A DNA stretch of 64,000 nt. It comes from a virus. Positions 38,101 through 45,442 of this stretch are shown here, piece after piece. The translations under genes and the position numbers were made by a program. The DNA lies in the IMG/VR virus record IMGVR_UViG_3300025093_000015, positions 1 to 64,000 of that record; one strand, given 5' to 3'. The notes under the pieces are model-generated. The model saw nothing but the letters and a program-made list of their open reading frames with translations, was not told the origin of the DNA and did not search any database. Position 1 is the first letter of the stretch. Every line of letters starts with the position of its first letter.

Positions 38101-38249
38101 AGTCTAGATTTTTTAAAGTTATACGTGAGTTCAATGTCAAGAAAAGGTAATAACAATATAAAATCTATTGACTTACTTCTCTTTTGGTAGCCAAATCCTA
38201 CACCAATGAATGGTATAACACCTAGTCTACAGTTAAATTTCTTTTTCAT
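38097..38249 (-). CDS. Small hydrophobic protein (50 aa)
   Basis: Manually translated MKKKFNCRLGVIPFIGVGFGYQKR...; stop overlaps the next ATG. Confidence 0.5.
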   Translation of the reverse strand: MKKKFNCRLGVIPFIGVGFGYQKRSKSIDFILLLPFLDIELTYNFKKSRL

Positions 38250-38291
38250 AATAGTAATTTAATGGTTAATAATAAAGTTTGAGTTAATAAA

Positions 38292-38984
38292 TGATGAGTG
38301 ACACTAGTGCAGGTCTTGTTTTTATTTGGGCATTTGTATGGATTTCTCCATCTCCCTGTCCTCAGAGATTGCTACTCTGTTATGCTTCATTACACTAGCA
38401 GACTGTCACTCATCAAGTTTAAATTGCAAACCATCTTTAATCTTGCAAGAGTACGTCTATATTTTTCAATATATAAAGATGGTTCTAACCTTCACGATAA
38501 GGACTTACTATGGTATTACAGTAATGACCAACCCAATACTGCCTATTCAAATGATGGTGTATTATATTAAAGCAGTTTATCTTCTTGCTTAGGAATACGC
38601 TGTTGCCAATGTTATGAAATTGACTAATAGTACAGCCTTTCTATTTTTTAATATTGCGGATACATATATGCTCATCCTATAGAGAGAGAACATAAATATA
38701 ATATAGGCTATAACAACAAGTCTCTATCTATTACCGAATCTAACGGCTGAGTGGTCAAGAGGCCAATAGATGACTCTCACATCTTAAACCTTGTCATTAT
38801 AGCTATATTATATATTACTGTGATTAACAGTTGTAGTTGTGGATTAAAGTGGTAATATGTGGGAAATAAGATCTCACACACACAATTTAATGCACACAAT
38901 TAATTTTTTTGTCACTCAATTGTATTAAGTGTTAGTGTAACTGTGCATAGTAGTGTGGATGTAACGTAGCTATGCAGAGTTACA
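38292..38984 (-). ncRNA. Candidate structured non-coding RNA region (four long stems)
   Basis: Inverted repeats 38292-38415, 38429-38484, 38696-38813, 38936-38984; GAAA/GCAA tetraloops and G-U wobbles on the minus strand. Confidence 0.55.
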
Positions 38985-39003
38985 GCAAGTACTAAACAGA
39001 ATC

Positions 39004-39297
39004 TTAGATAGATTCTGCCCAGTACATACCAGTTGGTTCATCTGTTTCCTGGTCAAGGACCGGATTAGATGACAACTGGAATCCCTTAATCTCTTGGTTC
39101 TTCTTAAGACCAAGAGTGGATGGGTCAAGGGAATTACCTGATTCATCCATAAGGCATAGTAGACCGTAGGTCACGGAGCCTTGTTCTCTGTCATAGACAG
39201 TTACACCGTTGATAGTGGACTTTTTAGTCCCTAGCACGGCAGTTTTTACTATGATAGTATTATTTACTATCTTGTGGAAAAAAATTGACTTTGTCAT
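39004..39297 (-). CDS. Hypothetical protein, first gene of the minus block
   Basis: Likely start MTKSIFF at 39297 after an A-rich leader. Confidence 0.65.
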   Translation of the reverse strand: MTKSIFFHKIVNNTIIVKTAVLGTKKSTINGVTVYDREQGSVTYGLLCLMDESGNSLDPSTLGLKKNQEIKGFQLSSNPVLDQETDEPTGMYWAESI

Positions 39298-39429
39298 TTT
39301 TTTTGGTTTTAATTGATCCACACTTTGACATAGGGGGTGGATATTGCCCAATGATAAGACGGGGAGCTGATCAGTAAAACCTTTTCACAACTTAACACAT
39401 ACAAAATTTCCATAGGCCAAAAATTTTTA

Positions 39430-39438
39430 GTATATTAT
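39430..39438 (+). promoter_or_regulatory. GTATATTAT phage promoter motif heading the late block
   Basis: At the strand switch, ~55 nt before the 39494 ATG. Confidence 0.65.
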
Positions 39439-39493
39439 AGTATACATAGATCCTTTATAGAAAGGTTTGTTTAACACTTAAAAAATAAAATAG

Positions 39494-39814
39494 ATGGACA
39501 ATTATGACTCATTTGATGACATGGATGGAATGGATGGTCTAACACTCTCACAAAGGATGCATGTAGAGGAATTGATAATAGATGCAGCGTTTAGAAACTC
39601 ATTTAAGATTATAACTGGTAATAAGACTTTAGAGGATTTACTTGATAAGAAGTCTGATGATCCAAACGCAATGCACGCAATATGTGCGCATGAGCCTGGT
39701 GAAGAGCCAAGCATAGATACACTAGAAAATATGATGGCGTATTTTGTAGAAACTGAGGAATATGAAAAATGCGCTAAAATAAGGGATATAATAAATGTAC
39801 GTATACAAGGCTAA
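39494..39814 (+). CDS. Protein with C-terminal UVR-like helical hairpin
   Basis: EEYEKCAKIRD motif. Confidence 0.65.
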   Translation: MDNYDSFDDMDGMDGLTLSQRMHVEELIIDAAFRNSFKIITGNKTLEDLLDKKSDDPNAMHAICAHEPGEEPSIDTLENMMAYFVETEEYEKCAKIRDIINVRIQG

Positions 39815-40160
39815 ACTTGATAGAGTAGTTGATGGTGACACAGTAGATGCTATCATTGACTTGGGGTTTGATATAACAGTTCACAAAAGAATCCGCTTGA
39901 TAGGAATTAATACTCCTGAGTCAAGAACTCGTGATCTAGAAGAAAAGAAACGTGGACTAGCAGCAAAACAGGCATTGATTGACTTGCTGACAAAAGATAA
40001 TGAGGAAGAATACTTCATTGTTGAAAGTGAAAAGGTAGGAAAATATGGACGTGTACTTGGTAAATTACATGCATTGATAGAAAACAAGGAATGTTGTTTG
40101 AATGAAAAACTAATAGAAATGGGTCATGCCGTGGAATATCATGGCGGTAAAAGAAAATAA
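39795..40160 (+). CDS. Thermonuclease (SNase-like) family protein
   Basis: RVVDGDT, RIRLIGINTPE, KYGRVLG, GHAVEY. Confidence 0.85.
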   Translation: MYVYKAKLDRVVDGDTVDAIIDLGFDITVHKRIRLIGINTPESRTRDLEEKKRGLAAKQALIDLLTKDNEEEYFIVESEKVGKYGRVLGKLHALIENKECCLNEKLIEMGHAVEYHGGKRK

Positions 40161-40161
40161 A

Positions 40162-40326
40162 ATGGCAAAGAAGAAAAAGAAAAAAGCTAAAAGAGACGCT
40201 TGTTACCATAAGGTAAGATCAAGATATAGTGTATGGCCATCAGCTTATGCATCTGGGGCACTAGTAAGATGTAGAAAGGTAGGGGCTGCTAACTGGGGCA
40301 ACAAGTCTAAAAAGAAAAAGAAATAA
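40162..40326 (+). CDS. Small highly basic protein (WPSAYAS motif)
   Basis: MAKKKKKKAKRDACYHKVRSRYSVWPSAYASGALVRCRK. Confidence 0.75.
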   Translation: MAKKKKKKAKRDACYHKVRSRYSVWPSAYASGALVRCRKVGAANWGNKSKKKKK

Positions 40327-40541
40327 TGGCTAAAGAAAGCTTACATAAATGGTTTAGTAGAAACAAAGGTAAAGGTTGGATAGACTGCAAGACTGGTAAA
40401 CCTTGTGGAAGAAAGTCAGCAAAAGGCGGATCTAAAAGACCGTATCCTGCTTGTAGACCAACTAAAGCACAATGTACATCTGCAGCTAAAAAGAAAACTA
40501 GTTCAAAAAGAATTAGTTGGAAAAAAAGAAAAAAGAAATAG
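40326..40541 (+). CDS. Small basic Cys-containing protein
   Basis: LHKWF, WIDC, CGR, YPACRP; TAATG coupling. Confidence 0.75.
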   Translation: MAKESLHKWFSRNKGKGWIDCKTGKPCGRKSAKGGSKRPYPACRPTKAQCTSAAKKKTSSKRISWKKRKKK

Positions 40542-40543
40542 TT

Positions 40544-40807
40544 ATGGCAAGCAAAAAGAAAGGAGCTATGAAAGGATGCTCCATAAAGAATGGATGTAAA
40601 AGTAAATCTGGTGGTCTTACTGCTAAGGGGCGTAGGATGATCAATAGAAAGACTGGATCTAAACTTAAAGCTCCACAACCAGGAGGGGGTCCACGTAAAA
40701 GATCTTTTTGTGCTAGAAACTTAGGCCAGATTAAAAAATTTAATATTGATTGCAGAAAGACTCCTAAGAAAAGAGCTTGTCTTGCAAGAAAAAAATGGAA
40801 GTGCTAA
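40544..40807 (+). CDS. Small basic protein (GGLTAKGR...RKRSFCAR...WKC, DUF6321-like)
   Basis: Start MASKKKG at 40544. Confidence 0.75.
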   Translation: MASKKKGAMKGCSIKNGCKSKSGGLTAKGRRMINRKTGSKLKAPQPGGGPRKRSFCARNLGQIKKFNIDCRKTPKKRACLARKKWKC

Positions 40808-40808
40808 T

Positions 40809-41024
40809 ATGTGGAAATTATTTAAAGATGAAAATGACATCAATGAAAAAGCTGTAGTAGGCTTTGCTTCATTTATACTAATGGTAATATTTGCTATATG
40901 TGATCTTATTACCGGATGGTGTGGAATGGAGCTTGTAATAAATGAAGTTATATACAACTCATTTGTTATTGTAACTCTTGGGAGCTTTGGTATAAGCTCA
41001 TTTGAGAAAATTAAAGGTAAATAA
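40809..41024 (+). CDS. Two-TM membrane protein, holin-like
   Basis: Start MWKLFKD; two TM helices, basic C-terminus. Confidence 0.6.
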   Translation: MWKLFKDENDINEKAVVGFASFILMVIFAICDLITGWCGMELVINEVIYNSFVIVTLGSFGISSFEKIKGK

Positions 41025-41031
41025 ATCATCT

Positions 41032-41691
41032 ATGACAAATAAAGAAAAGACTCCTCCAAAAGGGAGTATTAGGTTTTCATTAAGCCTTTCACCAGAACAA
41101 AAAAAGGCTAAGACAGAAATTTTAAAACATCCTTATAACTTTGTAGTAGGAAATGCTGGAAGTGGTAAGACATTACTTGCTGTCCAGATAGCACTTGATC
41201 TTTTATTCAAAAGGCAAGTAAATAAAATTATAATAACAAGACCTACAGTATCTACAGAAGATAATGGATTTCTACCAGGATCAGAGCATGAAAAGATGGA
41301 ACCTTGGTTAGTTCCTATTAGATCTAACATGCGTAAGGTATATAACAAACCTTTAATCTTGCAGAAACTTGAAAAGGAAGAAAAAATAGAATTGGTATCA
41401 CTTGCACACTTTAGAGGACGTACTTTTGATGACTCAGTAGTAATAGTAGATGAATACCAAAATTTAACAAAATCACAACTAGCAATGTGTATTGGAAGAT
41501 TAGGTAAAGAATCTAAGATGATTTTTTGTGGTGATTCATATCAAATAGATTTAAAAGACAAACAACACTCAGCTTTTCATGATATGTCTAAACTTATTCC
41601 ATCTCAATATGTTTTTAAAACAACATTAAAAGATTCTCATAGACATCAAGCAATAAATGAACTATTAGAGATGTTAAACGGGTATCATTAA
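41032..41691 (+). CDS. phoH: PhoH family ATPase
   Basis: GNAGSGKT, GFLPG, RGRTF, DEYQN, GRLG, GDxxQID. Confidence 0.92.
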   Translation: MTNKEKTPPKGSIRFSLSLSPEQKKAKTEILKHPYNFVVGNAGSGKTLLAVQIALDLLFKRQVNKIIITRPTVSTEDNGFLPGSEHEKMEPWLVPIRSNMRKVYNKPLILQKLEKEEKIELVSLAHFRGRTFDDSVVIVDEYQNLTKSQLAMCIGRLGKESKMIFCGDSYQIDLKDKQHSAFHDMSKLIPSQYVFKTTLKDSHRHQAINELLEMLNGYH

Positions 41692-41730
41692 AAAAAATGC
41701 TTTAAACTTTTTTTATTTAAACTTTTTATA

Positions 41731-41738
41731 TATATTTG
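41731..41738 (+). promoter_or_regulatory. Bacteroidetes -7 promoter element TATATTTG
   Basis: Intergenic, 28 nt before the 41767 ATG. Confidence 0.6.
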
Positions 41739-41766
41739 CCATTATTAATTAAAAATTAAAATTGCT

Positions 41767-42102
41767 ATGGCAACAAAAACAAAAGTGAAGGATATTGATC
41801 CTAAAACAGCATCTAAAAAAGAAATGGATGCAAAAAGAAAGGAAGTTACACAATTTTACAAAGATAACATTCCCCATTTAGAAACTCAATTAAAGTATGA
41901 AGAATTACTTAGAGATATTGAGAAAACACGTGCTGAAAGACTACAAGCTCAAATGTTTATTGCACAAACAATGGCTACTCCAACTGAAGAAGAAGGAGAA
42001 GATTCAAATGAAATGAGAGCAGAATTTAATGCAAATGCTGATGGTGCAGAAGCAGCAAGGCAAATTAAAAGAACTTTAAAACGTGAAGCAAATGGTGTAT
42101 AG
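41767..42102 (+). CDS. Hypothetical coiled-coil protein
   Basis: 111 aa. Confidence 0.7.
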   Translation: MATKTKVKDIDPKTASKKEMDAKRKEVTQFYKDNIPHLETQLKYEELLRDIEKTRAERLQAQMFIAQTMATPTEEEGEDSNEMRAEFNANADGAEAARQIKRTLKREANGV

Positions 42103-42712
42103 TGTTGATCATATAAGACGTGCTTTAGAACGTAAAAATTATAAGTTTTTTGAAAACGGTGACTATAATGTCAATATAGTAGGAGTAAGAAACTCCCTAA
42201 CTAAGGATAAGGTAACAAATGCTTTTGATGATCTTATGACTTTATGTTATAAGATTGATGGTGAATGGCAGTATCATGAATTTGATTGTACTACTGATCC
42301 TGGAACTCATTATATGAATAGTCCTATAGTAGAAAGTAAAGGTACAGCAATACTAAAACCAGGACAATACAGAGGTTCTCACAAGATTAGAAAGCATCAA
42401 GGTAGATATGAAGCTTTAGGTCAGTGTAGACCAGTAACAGTGTATAGAGACAATAATAGAGATGATGTATATAATTTAAATACTGAAAATACAGATACAG
42501 GTTTATTTGGTATTAATATACACAGAGCAACTAAGTATGCAGGTAAAAAATCTAGTCAAGTAGATAAATGGTCTGCAGGTTGTCAAGTTATTGCAGCTAA
42601 TGATGATTGGACTAAATTTATGAAGATCATGAGAAAAGCTAGAGATACATGGAGTAATAGTTTTACATATACACTTATTGAAAGTGAAGATATACCAACA
42701 ACATGGCTCTAG
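42092..42712 (+). CDS. Putative endolysin, L,D-transpeptidase(YkuD)-like peptidase
   Basis: TTDPG, GINIH...WSAGCQV His/Cys catalytic pattern. Confidence 0.7.
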   Translation: MVYSVDHIRRALERKNYKFFENGDYNVNIVGVRNSLTKDKVTNAFDDLMTLCYKIDGEWQYHEFDCTTDPGTHYMNSPIVESKGTAILKPGQYRGSHKIRKHQGRYEALGQCRPVTVYRDNNRDDVYNLNTENTDTGLFGINIHRATKYAGKKSSQVDKWSAGCQVIAANDDWTKFMKIMRKARDTWSNSFTYTLIESEDIPTTWL

Positions 42713-43074
42713 TAAATAAAGTAGATAAAAGGGCAAAAGTAAGTATTGATGAAGCTATAAAGTTTCAAATACTTACTTATTGCTTTTTTAATGATATACA
42801 AATTAGTTTATCAGATCTAAATTGTTTACACTTATTAGCTATGTCAGGTAATATTGAAATGACTAAATTTTGTAATATGGTTTCAGAAGGTGGTGTATTT
42901 AAAAGTGCACAGTCTTGTAGAAATGCTATAACAAAAGCAGAAAAAAAAGGTCTGATTGTTAAGAATGGTAATAATAAAAAAACAATAACTATTAATCCAG
43001 CTATGAATATACAGATTGAGGGTCCATTGTTTTTAGAATATAAGATATTAGGTGTTGAATCCGAAGAACTATAA
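42703..43074 (+). CDS. Winged-helix-like protein
   Basis: SAQSCRNAITKAEKKGLI followed by a beta hairpin. Confidence 0.55.
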   Translation: MALVNKVDKRAKVSIDEAIKFQILTYCFFNDIQISLSDLNCLHLLAMSGNIEMTKFCNMVSEGGVFKSAQSCRNAITKAEKKGLIVKNGNNKKTITINPAMNIQIEGPLFLEYKILGVESEEL

Positions 43075-43414
43075 AAAATTTTATGATGATATTGCTGAAG
43101 AAGCAGAAGTACATAAAGATTTAGTTAAAGATTTTATTTATTTCTTTTATGCTAAAGTTAGAAAAGAATTATCTGAACTTAATCATCCAAAAATACATTT
43201 GCCTAACTTAGGAACTTTTTCTATAAGAGTTGGTAAACTAAAAAAACATATAAAGAAAAACAAAGACATTTTAGGTAATCTACAAAAAATGACTTTTGAA
43301 GGATATGACAAGTCTGTACCTGTAAAAGAAAAATTACAAAAGATGGAAGACTTGTTAGAAGTAATAGAAGAAAACATAAAAAATAAAAAAAAGTTTAAAA
43401 ATGAGAATAAATAA
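43052..43414 (+). CDS. HU/IHF-like DNA-binding protein
   Basis: DIAEEA...VKD...KIHLPNLGTFSIR. Confidence 0.7.
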   Translation: MLNPKNYKKFYDDIAEEAEVHKDLVKDFIYFFYAKVRKELSELNHPKIHLPNLGTFSIRVGKLKKHIKKNKDILGNLQKMTFEGYDKSVPVKEKLQKMEDLLEVIEENIKNKKKFKNENK

Positions 43415-43823
43415 ATTATTAGGTGCCCTAGGTAATTTAGATAAAATTGCTGAAGGTATTAAAAATAAAATTTTTAAAAGAGATGATGTAGAAGCTATTG
43501 CTAAAATGAGATGGTTAGAATGTTCTGTTTGTCCGTTTTTGGATAAAGAAGGTTCTAGTTGTGCTGTTAATGGTACACAACCATGTTGTTCAGATTGCGG
43601 TTGTAGTATTGCACTTAAAATAAGAGCAATGTCAGCTGATTGTCCAAAAGGAAGATGGAAAGCTATTATGCCAGAAGAAATGGAAAATGAATTAAAAAAA
43701 CAGATTTATTTAAACATGGAAGAAACTGATAAGCATAGAGCAGATATAAAAAGAAGAGCTGAAGAACAAAATAAAAAAATAAGAGATAAACATAAAAACA
43801 ATAAAGATGCCAGTAATATTTAG
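43401..43823 (+). CDS. Cys-rich metal-binding protein (DUF6171-like)
   Basis: RxxxCxxC...CxxCGC...KIR...CPKGRW. Confidence 0.65.
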   Translation: MRINKLLGALGNLDKIAEGIKNKIFKRDDVEAIAKMRWLECSVCPFLDKEGSSCAVNGTQPCCSDCGCSIALKIRAMSADCPKGRWKAIMPEEMENELKKQIYLNMEETDKHRADIKRRAEEQNKKIRDKHKNNKDASNI

Positions 43824-44640
43824 AGAAAAAGGTCATGTGTATGAAAGCCTTGATGAGCAATTAGAAAAAGATCAAATTAAATGGACTAGTGTAACTAGTT
43901 TTATTGGCTTGTTTAAACCTAAATTTGATGCTAAATCTCAAGCTGTAAAATCAAGTAAGAATAAAAGATCTAAATGGTACGGAATGACACCAAAAGAAAT
44001 TACTGATGCTTGGAATAATGAAACTACAAGAGCAATAGAATTAGGTAATTGGTATCATAATCAAAGAGAAGAAAATTTATGTGAGTTTAATACTATTGAA
44101 AGAGATGGTGTTGAAGTACCTATTATAAGACCTATAACAGATGATAATGGTATTAAGATAGCTCCAGATCAAAAAATAAAAGATGGTGTATATCCTGAAC
44201 ATTTTGTATATCTTAAATCATTAGGTTTATGTGGACAAGCTGATTTAGTTACTATTGTAAATGGAAAAATAAATATATTAGATTATAAGACTAATAAGGA
44301 AATCAAAGAAAAAGGATTTACAAATTGGGAAGGTATAACATCAAAGTTATATAATCCTGTCTCACATTTGGATGATTGTAATTTAAACCATTACAATTTA
44401 CAACTTAGCTTATATGCATATATAATTAAAAAACATAATCCTAAATTAAAAATAGGTAAATTACAAATACAACATGTATCATTTGAAAAAGAAGGTGAGA
44501 ATGAGCATGGTTATCCTATCACTAAGTATAATGATCAGGGTGAACCAATTATTAAAGAAATTAAAATGTATGAACTACCATATTTAAAAGATGAGATTAA
44601 TAGTCTTGTAATGTGGTTAAAAGATAATCCACAATGCTAG
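43807..44640 (+). CDS. PD-(D/E)XK nuclease
   Basis: SVT, GNWYH, GQADL, DYKTN, YNLQLSLY. Confidence 0.8.
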   Translation: MPVIFREKGHVYESLDEQLEKDQIKWTSVTSFIGLFKPKFDAKSQAVKSSKNKRSKWYGMTPKEITDAWNNETTRAIELGNWYHNQREENLCEFNTIERDGVEVPIIRPITDDNGIKIAPDQKIKDGVYPEHFVYLKSLGLCGQADLVTIVNGKINILDYKTNKEIKEKGFTNWEGITSKLYNPVSHLDDCNLNHYNLQLSLYAYIIKKHNPKLKIGKLQIQHVSFEKEGENEHGYPITKYNDQGEPIIKEIKMYELPYLKDEINSLVMWLKDNPQC

Positions 44641-45152
44641 TAAAACTATTTGACGTACAAAATGGTAAAGTAATACCATCAGAACATTGCTATTCTATTA
44701 AATCACTTAAAGGTATTATGGATAAGTATCCTGATACATATATGGAAATATATTTATTTGTATTTTATATGACATGTCCAGATCCTGATATGAATCCATT
44801 TTTTAATATGCCTGAGCATGAAAAAGAAGATTTAATTATAGAAGAGGTAGGTTTAGAAGAATCACCAGAAGATGAAACAATCAGAAATGCTATAAGATTA
44901 TGTGAAGATCTTTATCATACACCTACGTATAGAGCATATAAAGGTATAAAGACAATGTTAGATAGATTAGCAAGATATATGGAAACCACATCCATAGAAC
45001 ATGGTAGAGATGGTAATTTAACATCATTAGTAAATACTGCAGCTAAGTTTGAACAAATAAGACAATCATTCAAAGGTGCATATAATGATATGAAAGATGA
45101 ACAAAAAAGTCAAGTGCGTGGTGGACAAGGCTTGGCTTATGATCAAATGTAA
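44634..45152 (+). CDS. Conserved helical protein upstream of terminase (possible small terminase subunit)
   Basis: Position; C-terminal VRGG. Confidence 0.5.
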   Translation: MLVKLFDVQNGKVIPSEHCYSIKSLKGIMDKYPDTYMEIYLFVFYMTCPDPDMNPFFNMPEHEKEDLIIEEVGLEESPEDETIRNAIRLCEDLYHTPTYRAYKGIKTMLDRLARYMETTSIEHGRDGNLTSLVNTAAKFEQIRQSFKGAYNDMKDEQKSQVRGGQGLAYDQM

Positions 45153-45169
45153 ATTAAAACTAAAATAAA

Positions 45170-45442
45170 ATGAGTAAAATTAGACCAGTAGGAGATAGAC
45201 TCCTAATTAAACAACACAAATCAGAAGAAACTTATGGTAATACAGGAATATATATTCCAGAATCTTCACAAGAAAAACAAGATAAAGGTACAGTTGTTTC
45301 TGTAGGAGAAGATGTAGAAGGTATACATGAAGGTGAAGTTGTATTATTCAATCAGTTTATTCAACCGGTAAAAGTAAACCACATGGATGAAGATCATATC
45401 TTGTTAAGACAACAAGATATATGGGCAATACAAGATGTATAA
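45170..45442 (+). CDS. groES: Co-chaperonin GroES
   Basis: IRPVGDRLLI, GIYIP, GTVVSVG, GEVVLF. Confidence 0.9.
   Translation: MSKIRPVGDRLLIKQHKSEETYGNTGIYIPESSQEKQDKGTVVSVGEDVEGIHEGEVVLFNQFIQPVKVNHMDEDHILLRQQDIWAIQDV

Noticed and set aside
38292-38415. Hammerhead ribozyme suggested by TGATGAG and GAAA
   Set aside because: The core needs an unpaired CTGATGA. Here it reads TTGATGAG/ATGATGAG and lies inside the closing stem, and GAAA is a tetraloop.
38298-38592. Plus-strand ORFs 38298..38570 and 38326..38592
   Set aside because: Antisense to the surrounding block, overlap each other, lack recognisable motifs, and coincide with minus-strand RNA stems.
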